Positions 39,741 to 51,583 are shown, counted from the first letter of the stretch. The stretch: DNA of 64,000 bases from Eledone cirrhosa (GCA_964016885.1 CAXHJY010000183.1:15769-79768), one strand, 5' to 3'. Numbers and translations are program-made. Notes: a model not told the origin generated them from the sequence alone.

Positions 39741-39957
39741 ATATATATATACACACACACATATATATATATACATAAATACATACATATGTGTGTGAGT
39801 GCATGCACATATACAGAGTTTCCTCCCAAATTCATCATTATCAACATCAATCTTAAATTTATCATCAGTGTCAATGACATCATCACTCACAGATATAATC
39901 TTTGAAAGAAAGGATGTTAGTAAATTTACAAGAAAAAGAGACATTGATATGTATATA

Positions 39958-41262
39958 CAGGGTGGGGCATAATTCCTGTTACAATGTTTTAAATCAATTT
40001 TAAAAATACATTATGTTGCTAAAATAACTAATATATGTGTATCAAATCCATGCACTATAACCATATTAACTATTTTTCAGAACATTACACCATTAACAAT
40101 TTGCAATGTCCATAGAATTGTAAAGAAAGTTCATAATAGAGAAGCATGAAAAAGACCTGACTCCACCCGAGATATTTAAACTGGGGAAAACTCTTATGAT
40201 CAATAGAATGTTGATCAAAAGGACAATCGATCGATTTAAGGAAACTTCCTCGACCAAAGACAGACCTCGTTCCGGACGCCCTCGCACCTCAAGAATACCA
40301 AAACTCATTAAAAGTGTGAGGGAAAAAATAAGGCGCAATCCAAGAAGGTCCATGACAAAAATGGCAGAAGAAGCAGAAACATCGCCGAGAACTATGCGGA
40401 GGATATGTCGAGATGATCTGGGGACGTTACCCTATAAGTTCCAAAAGAGGCAGCTTCTTTCTGCAGCCACAATTGAAAAGAGGCTCTCCAGAAGTAAACT
40501 GTTATTGACCCGCATCAAGGATGGCATGCTGCAAAACATCATCTTTACAGATGAGAAGTTATTCACTGTGCAGCCGTCTCACCATCATCAAAATGATCGA
40601 GTACTTGCAAAAAGTCTCAAATCAATTCCTTCAAGTGTTGGAAAAGTGTTCAGAACACAGAAACCAGCATCAGTGATGGTTTGGGCAGCCATTTCTAAAA
40701 GAGGGATGTCTCTTCTGATATTTGTGCCTCAATGAGTTAAAATTAACCAAGAACTTTACATAAAGGATATTTTGGAAGAAGCACCGATGCCATGGTGCAC
40801 ATCTGTTTATGGCGATGACATTTGGACTCTCCAACAAGATGGAGCAATGAGCCACACTGCTCGCGTAACACAACAGAAGTGTAGAGACCATTGTCCTGCA
40901 TGGGTCAGTAAGGAAGAGTGGCCTTCCACATCACCAGATCTCAACCCTCTCTATTTTTCTTTATGGTCAATTCTTGAGAGTGAAGCCTGCTCTACTCCTA
41001 GCCAAAATATTGAAACTCTAAAATCAAAACTGAATAAAGTATGGGAGAAAATACTCATGGAAACTGTTCGTGCAGCCATCGAAGACTTTCCTAGAAGACT
41101 TCGAGCAGTAGTGAGAGCTAGAGGAAAGCATTTCGAATAAATTTTTGTGCAGTTGTTTAATAGTATATTACTTACTATTTGTTAAAGTCAGATCTTGAAA
41201 TAAATGTTTTTTTCAAGAACTATTTGCATTTTATTTTGTAACAGTTTTCATGCCCCAAACTG
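39958..41262 (+). mobile_element. Tc1/mariner DD37D (maT-type) transposon, full-length but defective
   Basis: TIRs cagggtggggcataa...tgttacaa and ttgtaaca...atgccccaaactg with TA flanks. Motifs RSGRPR, IFTDEK, QQDGA and WPSTSPDLNPL. There are 37 residues between the second Asp and the third position, which is mutated to Tyr. Stop at 40733-40735. Confidence 0.9.
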
Positions 41263-41395
41263 TATATATATATATATAGAAATTTCGTATTTCTAAAGAA
41301 ATACGGTATGTTTACAGGTGAACATTTAGAAAGCCGTAGCTATGCAAAAAACACCAGGGCTAACGCCCTCTGGTGGTGTCCAGCAGAAGGGGGAC

Positions 41396-41441
41396 AACCG
41401 TCGATGCATTTCAAACTTAACTGGTCCTCATCAGGACGATC
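41396..41441 (-). ncRNA. Minimal type I hammerhead ribozyme within a ~335-bp element with inverted termini (41275-41611)
   Basis: gatcgtc CTGATGA ggac-cagttaa-gttt GAAA TGCA TC gacggtt. Palindromic stem III AUGCAU. Confidence 0.85.
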
Positions 41442-41781
41442 CCTCCCATGCTTGCGACTGCTGGATTTCAAAACAGTTGAGAATATATAGTTTTCTTGTC
41501 TGTGTAAATGAGGTGATTAATCTCATTTGCATATGAAGCTGCATAAGTTGGCTCAACTTATAATAGAATAGAATTAGGATTTAGATTCTTTAGAAACACA
41601 AAATTTCTATACATATCTGTATACAGCTATGCCTGAAGCTAAATGTGAGTCTTTAACTCCGTTTTTTTTTTAATTTGAGATATATATATATATATATATA
41701 TATAACGAAGGAAATGTGGTAAGGAACCAGGTGGACCATAACGCACCGAAGTACTCAATACATAGGGTAGTAGAGTGGGTA

Positions 41782-41897
41782 ATAGGAACGAGTAGGACCC
41801 CGACGGCTGAGCTCAAGCCGTTTCGACGGCTAATTCTGGACAGAATTAGCCGTCAAAACGGCTTGAGCTCAGCCGTCGGGGTCCTACTCGTTCCTAT
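41782..41897. repeat. Near-perfect palindrome (57-bp arms, 2-nt loop) containing the 3' half of a hammerhead
   Basis: One mismatch between arms. Minus strand reads GAAA-cggct(tgagctc)agccg-TC-gggg. Confidence 0.85.
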
Positions 41898-41935
41898 ATA
41901 TATATATATATATATACGTATATATAAATATATAT

Positions 41936-42040
41936 AAATGGCTTCTACAGGACTAGAACTGTTTTATTCGAAGGAAATCATTAGAGCTTTCCTGATGATT
42001 TCCCTTGAATGAAAGAGTTCTAGCCTTGTAGAAGCCATTT
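41936..42040. repeat. Fold-back element (~48-bp arms) with a hammerhead core
   Basis: aaatggcttctaca...tgtagaagccattt. CTGATGA at 41992-41998 and GAAA at 42011-42014. A terminal fragment also occurs at ~36862. Confidence 0.7.
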
Positions 42041-42599
42041 CTATATTAAATATTTATACTCCGATTGAACCTGGGATACAGAGAGAGATGATGATGATGA
42101 TAAATGGAACAGAATTAGGAAAAGAGTGAGAAGTAAAACAGAAAGAATTTGAAGGGAGGTGGCAAGGTAGGAACAAATGATTGTTATATAAAAATGACAG
42201 AGGATGAGGAGAAACAGACATATACACAAATAAACTTTTCAGAAATATATTCAAATCCAAATCCAGAGCCTGCTCACTCCGATAGGAGGAAAATATCCTT
42301 GGTTGACCTCACTGCTTTCTGTTTGATTTTAGTCATGCCAGCAGGTATATAGCTGTACTCACTACATTTGGCCAATCGTGGGTTGGTGAGGTTATTTAAC
42401 CCCTTAGCATTTACATTTCTCTATATTTACTATTCTATTTTCACAGAAAGGCTTTACCTCACATAGTATCAAAGCTATGAGATTTTGATTTTATTTATTT
42501 TGAGACCAATACCTTAACATTGGTATGAGTGGCCAATTACGGCTAGTTTAAAGAGAAAGAGGATTCATTATCATCATTATCAATAATCAACAACTGCTG

Positions 42600-43125
42600 T
42601 TCCACGCTAATCTGATCACCTAGGTACCGGAAACTATCAACCGCTTCTATAGAACCCACCTGCATTTGAAAAATGTGTATCACTGCGATTACTACTGCCA
42701 ACTTTCCCTGTACATCTACTGCATACATAGTTTTCCCTACCTGTTAGTTTGCCTGCTATCCCACTACATCTCTTGTATACCCAAGATCTGCATTGCGTAC
42801 ATTTTATAGAATTTATGCCAGTTCCTTTTTTACATATCAAACATGGCCATTTCCCTGATGGAATCAGAGTTTTGTCCTCTTTTCTACTTATCAACACTTT
42901 TGTCTTAGCTAAGTTCACTCTCAGTCCTCTTGATTCCAACTGCTGTTTCCATAGCCAGAATTTCTCTAGCTCCTCTACTGATTCTGCTATAAGAACCAGA
43001 TCATCAGCATAGAGAAGTTCCCATGGGCACTTGTTATGGCTTGGAGGACTATAATGAACAAGAGCGGGCTGAGGACCGAACCCTGATGTACTCCTACTTG
43101 TATCTGGAATTCCTCACTAAACTCC
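42600..43125 (-). mobile_element. Internal fragment of RTE family A
   Basis: Close match to ~29212-29755 with a small deletion. Confidence 0.9.
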
Positions 43126-43132
43126 ATATATA

Positions 43133-43320
43133 TATGGGGATGGTCATGTTGCCAGTATTGCAAATAAAAAAAAAGTGAGCATGTCATTTTCAGCTTTTCA
43201 CTTTATTTTTATTCCTAGTTATTGGTTAGTTCATCAAAGTTCTTTCATCACACAAACTGTGACTTCCTCAATTATTATTTGTTTTCTTTTGTGTCTCTTC
43301 TTTCTGGTCTTAATCTGTTA
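43133..43320 (-). mobile_element. Diverged copy of the 57547-type hammerhead repeat
   Basis: ggtcatgttgcca terminus. Minus strand reads ...gtcacagtttgtgtgat-GAAA-GAAC-TT-tgat. Confidence 0.6.
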
Positions 43321-43374
43321 CTGCACACATATACATGTGTATATACACATGTATATATATACACATATATATAT

Positions 43375-43408
<34 letters not shown>

Positions 43409-43799
43409 CATCATCATCATCAACGTTTAACGTCCGTGTTCCACGCTTGCATGGGTTTGGACGGGGGTAGTCCCACTTGAGGCAAGAGTGATTGTCTTGC
43501 TCGCATAGGACTGTCTGGCAGGTTTTCTACAGTTGGATGCCCTTCCTAACACCAACCACATTTACAGTGTGGGTCTGGGAGGTTTTTACCGTGTTGCCTA
43601 CACGGCCACATTACAGCGTGGACTGTGTGTTTTTTTGTCGTGACACCTACACGATCTCATTTGTTTCGGCCTGGATGGCGCGGCACCAACATAACTTTAC
43701 ATAGAACGGGGTGGTGTGGATGGGGTGGGGGTGGTGGTGGTGGGACGGGGTGTATTTTGTTAGAGATGCCTACTGGCTGGAGTAGGTTTTACTATATAT

Positions 43800-46772
43800 T
43801 TAGGTAAGGCGGGTCTTCTCTGTTACTGAGTACCGCCAAAGGTCTCGGTCCAGTGACATTGTCTTGGAGAGGTGTAAGTGTGTGATGTCGGAGTTTATCA
43901 GCTCGTCCCAGGTTTTTCTAGGTCTGCCTATTCCGTGACTACCGTCTATCTTTATTGCCCTGCACTTTGTTATACAGCTATCGACTTTCATGCGCATCAC
44001 GTGTCCATACCAACGTAGCCTTCTCTCGAGTAAACAACATCTGATCCCTCTTATCTCTAATTTTTTCCTTAGTTCGTTTATGCTTTGCCGTTCATGTATA
44101 TTACTGTTACACATCCAGTGGAGCATGCAAGCTTCGTTCCTCTCTAGTCTGCGTATATCCTCTGCACACAATGCCCAGGTCTCACTGCCATGCAGCATTG
44201 CTGTTCGTATGCAGGCATCGTACAACCTGCTTTTCATTTTTAGGGAGAACCCTTTAGCAGCTAATAGTGGTATAAGCTCTCTGAACTTTTTCCAACCAGT
44301 TCTGACTCTAGCTACAGTACTTTCAGAGCACCCTCCCCCACTGCTGATTTTATCGCCCAGGTAACAGAAGCTGTCCACTATTTCTATAGAACCCTCTGCG
44401 CAATTGAAAGAGCTAGTATTTTGTGGGCACTTGCTGCTACTTATTGCACCAGAACACCGGCCACATGTAAAATCTATGTTCTTAGTTAGCTTACCTGTGA
44501 TCCCACTACATCTTTTATGCACCCATACTTTGCATTTAGGACATAAAATGGAGTTTCTACCTACGCCTTTCCTACACACCGAGCACGACCATTTCCCAGA
44601 AGGGATCGCCGCCTTGTTTTCTTTCCTACAAACTAGAACTTTGGTCTTAGCCAGGTTAATTTTAAGTCCTTTTGACTCTAGGCCGTGCTTCCATGTTTGG
44701 AATTTCTTCTCTAGCTCGGCCATTGATTCCGCTATGAGTGTCAGGTCGTCTGCGTATAGAAGTTCCCATGGGCAGCCTGTCTTGAACTCCTCTGTTATAG
44801 CCTGAAGGGCAATAATAAATAGTAGGGGGCTGAGAACAGAGCCCTGATGGACGCCAACTTTTACGCTAAACTCTTCACTATATTCGTTGTTAATTCTAAC
44901 CTTGCTGACTGTTTCTTTATACATGGCTTGTATAGCCCTCACAAGCCATTCGTCAACGCCTAGTTTTCTAAGAGCCCACCAGATAATGGAGCGGGGGACT
45001 CTGTCGAAGGCTTTCTCCAAGTTGACAAAAGCTAAGTAGAGGGGTTTACCTTTAGCTAGGTACTTCTCCTGTAGTTGTACTATGAAAAGAGCGTCTGTGG
45101 TACTTTTGCCCGACACAAACCCGAACTGCATTTCATCTAGGTCAATTCTCTCTCTGATTAGTTGCGCTATTACTTTTTCCGTGACCTTCATGACCTGGTC
45201 GATTAATTTAATGCCTCTATAGTTACTCCTATCTAGGGCTTCTCCTTTACCCTTATAACAGTTAACGATGATGCTGCTATGCCAGTCCTTCGGAACAACC
45301 CCATTCTGTACGACTTGGTTAACTATGCGGGTGACCATGGTGTGTCCCACCGTGCCAGATGCCTTCAGCATCTCAGCAACTATTTCCGAAGGCCCAGCCG
45401 CCTTACCCGTCTTCATATCCTTGATTGCCTTACTTATTATACTCCCCTCGACTAACACTGCTGGTCCCTCTATCGGGTCGATATGGGGGAGACTGTCTTT
45501 CTCCCATTTATTCTCCTCATTTAGTAGCCTTTCATAGTGACACTTCCAAGCTACCTTCTTATCAGCGTCGGTGATGGCAAGTGTGCCATCGTCGTTTAGT
45601 ACACACTTCTCCCCGACAATATCACGGTTTTCCTTGACGCATTGCCTAGCAATCCTGAACACCTCACGTTTTTGGTCATCGCGTTGTAGAACATGCTTGA
45701 ACTTTCTTTCCTCAGCTTCCCTTCTTGCTAAGTACACTTGTCTCCTAGCTTCCCTCCTGGCCACTTGATAGTCTTCTCTACTTCCCCCATCCCGCCATAC
45801 TTTCCAAGCCTGCTTTTTGGCCTTAATTGACCCCTCCACCTTACTGTTCCACCACCATGTTACTCTCCTCCTGCCTACAGGCCTGCTCCAGCCACAGACT
45901 TCGTCTGTCGCCAACAGCAGGTTTGCTTTCAGAAATTCCCACTCTCCCTCTATATTGTTCGACTCTAAATGTTCTTCCTTACTGTCGAAAGCATCAAGTA
46001 ATATGCTTTGAAATTTATTCCTGGCTGTGGGGTCCTTTAGCTTCCATATTTTTCTCCTGAGGATAGTCCTCTTCTGCTGTCGAGTACGTCTCGTCCTGAC
46101 TATGAGGTCGCTAATTATCAGTCTATGTTGGGAGGTGCATTCTTCATGGGGGAGGGATTTAGTGTTTACAACAGACACTCTGTCACGTCTTCTGGTAAGG
46201 ATATAATCTACCTGGCTTGTGTGTTCCCCGGATCTATAGGTGATCAGGTGATTGTCACGTTTTTTGAAGTTAGTGTTACAGATAGTTAGGTTATTTGCAT
46301 CACAGAATTCCAGGATTCTGGAGCCTTCCTCATTTCTAGTACCAAACCCATAGCCTCCATGGATTTCATCGTAGCCGTCACAATGTTGTCCAACGTGACC
46401 ATTTAGGTCGCCTGCAATAATTATATAGTCACTGTCGGATATTTGGGAGGTAGTTAGCATCAGTGTCTCATAGAATCTGTCTTTTATAGTGCCGGGCAGT
46501 CCGGATTGGGGTGCGTACGCAGATATTACTGTCACCGTAGTTCTATTGAGGACAAGTCGTATTTTAATTATTCTGTCGTTCACTCTATTTACGTCTATTA
46601 TCTTATCTGCCCACTTTTCTGCTACCATGATTCCTACTCCACCCAGCCCATTGTCGTTTCCCACCCAGAAAAGCTTATAACATCGTTTTTTACCCTCAAT
46701 GAACCTAGCAGACCCACCCCTCCACCTGGTCTCTTGAATACAACAAACATCGACCTCCTTACGTTCAAGCAT
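43800..46772 (-). CDS. RTE endonuclease-RT polyprotein, open but probably RT-dead
   Basis: Same motifs as family A, but FVNLEKAFD (Asp to Asn, codon 45021-45023) and a one-codon deletion (FIVQLQE). The frame stays open upstream through FRVGTINVGTL without an ATG. Confidence 0.9.
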   Translation of the reverse strand: MLERKEVDVCCIQETRWRGGSARFIEGKKRCYKLFWVGNDNGLGGVGIMVAEKWADKIIDVNRVNDRIIKIRLVLNRTTVTVISAYAPQSGLPGTIKDRFYETLMLTTSQISDSDYIIIAGDLNGHVGQHCDGYDEIHGGYGFGTRNEEGSRILEFCDANNLTICNTNFKKRDNHLITYRSGEHTSQVDYILTRRRDRVSVVNTKSLPHEECTSQHRLIISDLIVRTRRTRQQKRTILRRKIWKLKDPTARNKFQSILLDAFDSKEEHLESNNIEGEWEFLKANLLLATDEVCGWSRPVGRRRVTWWWNSKVEGSIKAKKQAWKVWRDGGSREDYQVARREARRQVYLARREAEERKFKHVLQRDDQKREVFRIARQCVKENRDIVGEKCVLNDDGTLAITDADKKVAWKCHYERLLNEENKWEKDSLPHIDPIEGPAVLVEGSIISKAIKDMKTGKAAGPSEIVAEMLKASGTVGHTMVTRIVNQVVQNGVVPKDWHSSIIVNCYKGKGEALDRSNYRGIKLIDQVMKVTEKVIAQLIRERIDLDEMQFGFVSGKSTTDALFIVQLQEKYLAKGKPLYLAFVNLEKAFDRVPRSIIWWALRKLGVDEWLVRAIQAMYKETVSKVRINNEYSEEFSVKVGVHQGSVLSPLLFIIALQAITEEFKTGCPWELLYADDLTLIAESMAELEKKFQTWKHGLESKGLKINLAKTKVLVCRKENKAAIPSGKWSCSVCRKGVGRNSILCPKCKVWVHKRCSGITGKLTKNIDFTCGRCSGAISSSKCPQNTSSFNCAEGSIEIVDSFCYLGDKISSGGGCSESTVARVRTGWKKFRELIPLLAAKGFSLKMKSRLYDACIRTAMLHGSETWALCAEDIRRLERNEACMLHWMCNSNIHERQSINELRKKLEIRGIRCCLLERRLRWYGHVMRMKVDSCITKCRAIKIDGSHGIGRPRKTWDELINSDITHLHLSKTMSLDRDLWRYSVTEKTRLT

Positions 46773-47064
46773 TTCTACAACCTCGTTAGCGCGACCCTTT
46801 AGGGTGCCTACATTTATGGTACCAACTCTGAAGTTTTGGATTGCGTTTGGGGGTTGGGGGCGGTGGGCGATGGGGTTATGTTAGCCGTCCGCGGTCGAAA
46901 CAATGAGGAGTGCTCGCATTCTCGTCCAAGAGGTGAATTCGTCTTTATCTTTGGCATTGTCGCTGAGCGTCCAGATTTTTCTCTCTCTCCTCCACTCTCC
47001 AGGATTCCGCAGTCCATCCATCCATCATATATCGAAAGGCAACCAGGCAAGCGATAGTATAGGC

Positions 47065-47156
47065 CTCTGGCTTCTGATTGGTCCGCGTAATAATACTGGT
47101 GATGCGTGGGGGGGGGGGGCTCTGGCTTATGATTGGTCCACGTAATAGTAGTGGTG
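47065..47156 (-). promoter_or_regulatory. Duplicated CCAAT-box unit in the RTE-B 5' region; putative internal promoter
   Basis: Two ~37-bp copies of ...ggaCCAATca(g/t)aagccagag, 55 bp apart. Confidence 0.45.
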
Positions 47157-48917
47157 GTGGGGGCGGGAGGGAGGGGTGTTGGGTAGCTAGATAGGAGGTA
47201 ATGATTGAATGGGGTCCTTGCACATTTAACAAGCGATTAACAAAAATACAAAATTTGTTCTGTTCAATACGACCAAAAACTTTCGTATCTAACAATTAAT
47301 AAATACAAAAAATGTAGATTGTTTTAGCGATAGATTGGCTATTTGGACTTGATACGAAATATGGATTGTTTTGAAAATACGCTAGAATTAGGAATTGAGG
47401 TTTGTGGAGGTAGAGATGAATACGCTAGAATTATATTGATAGTCTGTGGTACTGGGAAGACCACAAATCAAAGAAGTACATCATACATAGTATGATAGAG
47501 TGGGTGTATTACTAAATGCTATTCTGTACTACAGAATATATATATATATATACAGATTTTTATGTATAGACACATGAAAATACCTTGTCTCTACATACAA
47601 TATCTTTGTGGTTAGAAAATACAACCAGATTACATTCAATCCTGTGTTGGGATTTCATCACAAACTGACTACCCTCTTGTTGTATGAAATTTATAAATTA
47701 ATATATTCTAACATAATTTTATCTAATAACCACTAGTTATCTAATAACCACATGTTACAATGAAATAATAATTTTAGTAAGTCCCTTAAACATCATGTAA
47801 AAATTTAGAAGAAAATATATAAAAATTGGCTTGTTAATTCAAATGTTTATCTTTTCTAGTGAACAGATTGTTGTGAAAATTAGCAGAATTAGAGTCAAGA
47901 CATCAATTTGTAATATGAGGCTATCATAGTGCTGCTTTGTATTTTTTAATAATGTCTTCTTAATGTAGCATCATGCAGTGGATTTTATTAGAAATACAGT
48001 TATCTTCTTCGTCTACTTCTTCCTGAGAGGGTCATGGGATAAGAGTCCTCAAACACGACTTCCAGCCGGTTGTGTCAGATAAACCAACTCCAATTAATTC
48101 AGCCGGATCGCCAAGTAAGACTTGCTGAGCTCATAGATGTTATCCAACCATCTTGCTAAAGGTCTACTCATGGTCTCCTACCAGTTGGATTTGCCTGTAA
48201 AATCTGTACAGCGATCAATTTTTTTATGAATTGCTTATGGAACTTCTAATTACAGTGTCAGTAAACTAGACACAACAATTTGCACATATGATGCATTGAT
48301 ATAGTAAGAGCTAAAATATACATATACACATATATATATATAGACACACATAAAAATACATTCAAATATGAGCCAGTGTTAGTCACAATTCTGTGTTTCT
48401 TTTCCCCAACACTCATATACATATGTGTGTGTGTGTGTATGCAGGATATCTGTAGATAAAAAGTCAAAGAAAACAATGCTCAATCTATTGCAAGGGAGCT
48501 TATATAGTATAATTAAAATTTCATACACTTAGTTTTGACCTGCACCTGATTAGTGACCAGCTTGAAATGGCTCCTCTACTATAGAGTGGTATCCATGACT
48601 AGACCCTGAAAGCTAAGATCACACGTATATATATATATATGTCCTACTCATGCTAGCGTGGAAGATGGACGTTAAACGATGATGATTATATATATATATA
48701 TATATATATATATTCTATGTAAATATAATACTTATTGTATCACAACAGGATTTTTTTAACCTAACTGTATTGTTCTTTGCAAAATACTAGATATGTGGTT
48801 TCCTATGATATTGGCAGTGTGCATCCATTTTGGGGTCTTGGATTTTTAGCTTCAATTCTCTCATTGAGCGATCATAGAGCGCCATGATTGTAAAATATTA
48901 TATATCAATCCCTTGAT

Positions 48918-48948
<31 letters not shown>

Positions 48949-49312
48949 ACACACATGGTGGATTGGCAGTATCGGTAGCAGGTCAGACGCCATGCTTTAC
49001 AGCATAGAGTTACACTCCTTTACAGTCTAAGTTCAAATCCAGCCGATGTTAACTTTGCCTTTCATCCTTACAGGGTCGATAAAATAAAGTACCAGTAATG
49101 CACTGGGATAATTGCTGGCCTTGTGCCAAAAGTAGAAACAATTATTTCTTATGGCCAAGTCAGAGTGATGTTAATCTGGAATTTTCATTGGGTATTCACA
49201 AGGAGCTTGCAGATACACAGGCAAACCTGCGAATTAACAGGACTCTGATTTAGCTTTAACATTGATTTCCACTAATGTATAAAGAATTAATTTTCATCAC
49301 TGTCAATACTAA

Positions 49313-49371
<59 letters not shown>

Positions 49372-49424
49372 AGAGTATTGAAGTTTGCTTGAAGCATTGT
49401 GGAATAATAAGATTTATTTTTGGG

Positions 49425-49534
49425 GTTGTTTTGGAAGCCTCAACAATGCAGATGGGTAAATCTCCGGGTAACAGAATCCGGATTCTGTTACCCGGAGATT
49501 TACCTACCTGCATTGTTGAGGCTTCCAAAACGAC
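49425..49534. repeat. Loopless palindrome with 55-bp arms
   Basis: Axis at gaatcc|ggattc (49479/49480), three mismatches, between (TA)n tracts. Confidence 0.9.
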
Positions 49535-50785
49535 AAAAAAAAAAAATCTCTATATATATATATATGTACATGCACACATACACACACATGTTCATATATA
49601 TGTGCATACACACACAGACAGATGCATGTAGACATACACATGCATGTGCACACACATTATACATACATATAACAGAGGGTGCTGCAATTTTCTCAAAGGA
49701 TTGTGGAATATAAAAAATGTGTAGATTTTGAAAGCTAATACAATGCAAATGGAGCTGTAAGTATCAAGGTAACAACACTGGATCATTAATTCTAGATTTG
49801 ACACATATTAGCTGTCAATATGAGAATTAAAGAACATTTCTTAGTGTCTGCAGATTCCACCAATCAGAAATTAGATACTTCTATCACACAGATACAATGA
49901 AGAAATTAAATTCAGTGAGTCATATGTTCACTGAATCTACACCAGGATGGAACTATTTTACCTGCGACATATCAACATAACCACTTCACATGCATTAATG
50001 GATCGTGAAAATGTTATTTATGCCCAGGTGAAAGATGGAGTATTCTCAGAAACCTATCTCCCAAAAAGAGATGCATGAGATACTCATTTTGATTTCTCCA
50101 ACCGCTGCTCACATGAAACAAAATTCATTTCAAAGTATTTTTTGAGGCCAGACAGAGTCTATAAGACACTCCTTAAGAATCATTGACTCTTATACATTAA
50201 CTGTGAACATAAATCAGACTCATTTATTAAACATTAGAGTTTTCAGCCTTACTTTAATCCCCTAGGCCCTAACGTTTATGCTACCTAATTACTCCCCTTT
50301 CCTTAGAACTCTTATATGAAAAAAGGTATTCAAGAAGTCAATCCACCATAATAGGGCGAACGGATGAGATTACGTATTTCAATATGCTAATGAAACACGA
50401 GTAATCGTGTTATGTAAATATTGTTGTAATTTAATTTAATTCTGTGTGTGTACATATGAAAGCATATACTATATGTTTATAAACAACAAACATATGGAAG
50501 CCTTGCTATCAAAGAAGAAATGTTTTCTCATTACAAAAAAAATTACTTTTTATCACTTTTGTTCGGTGAGCACATCACATTATATAAGTAGCAGTCTTGA
50601 AACAGCACTGTCTGGCATTCTCAACTGCTACTAACTTTCTGTGATGTGTTTAAAGAACAAAAGAGAGAAAAAATAATTTGTTTTTGATATGTTTATTATA
50701 TAGTATATGCTTATTTCCAGCAAATGTTCATTATGCAAACTTTGTATAGAACCTTGTCTATTTTCATGTCAGTACCGGTTGAATG

Positions 50786-50834
50786 ATGTTACTGATGAGA
50801 GATTAACAAATCTTGAAACAGTACTGTCTGATAT
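50786..50834 (+). ncRNA. Minimal type I hammerhead ribozyme
   Basis: atgtta CTGATGA gagatt-aaca-aatctt GAAA CAGTACTG TC tgatat. Palindromic stem III and GUC triplet. A partial upstream copy lies at ~50596-50640. Confidence 0.88.
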
Positions 50835-50987
50835 TCTTGACTGTTACAGACTTTCTGTAACAAGGTGAGTAAAAACAATTACTTTCATTACTTCTGAATT
50901 CACTAAACATAGTTTATAAGCCATTCACTATTTATTACCTAATTTTGGTAGTTGTGTTCATTACATATGTCTACATATGAGAGAGTC

Positions 50988-51022
<35 letters not shown>

Positions 51023-51410
51023 TTCTATGTAATTGTTTGTGCATCCATATATATACATGCAGGTGTGTTGTGCATGACTATGTGTGTGCATACACATATA
51101 TATAATAGTAAACATTTCAAACAGATCATGCTGGGATATACAACAGCAATAAGAAAAAATAAATAAGCTTTTTAACCTACTGGGTTTCCAGTGCATAGCT
51201 AATAGGAATGCATTCAAACCATTAGTAAAATATATTGAGTGTGCAACTAGATGCATTTTAATGTTAACTGGAAAATATATATGTATGTATATTTACAAGT
51301 GTAGCCTTATAAATATATATATTTATAAAGGTGACTTATTTATAGATGTATATATATATTTATATATGCACATATATTTATATACACACGCATTATTATA
51401 AATATATATA

Positions 51411-51583
51411 CAGGTAAAATTCCATTATAACTAATACCATGATAAATTTTTTGGTATAACAATTTTTTTTTTCAATCCCGAGAGACACACTTAATGTGTT
51501 AGGTCGATCTCGTTATAAAGAATTTTTCGTTACAACAAACTTTTTTTATACATCATGAATTTCATTATAATGGAATTTCACTG
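51411..51583. mobile_element. pogo/Tigger-like MITE
   Basis: TIR caggtaaaattccattataa and ttataatggaatttcactg with TA flanks. Confidence 0.7.

Larger units (their letters stand above)
43408..47190 (-). mobile_element. Near full-length RTE LINE (family B) with a ~390-bp 3'UTR
   Basis: ORF 43800-46772, 3'UTR ending in (GAT)n, and a C-rich 5' region. The 5' boundary is approximate. Confidence 0.9.

Noticed and set aside
49780-50150. Penelope GIY-YIG remnant (FTC...NVIY)
   Set aside because: Motif spacing is wrong, there is no YIG box and there are multiple stops. Not supportable without a profile search.
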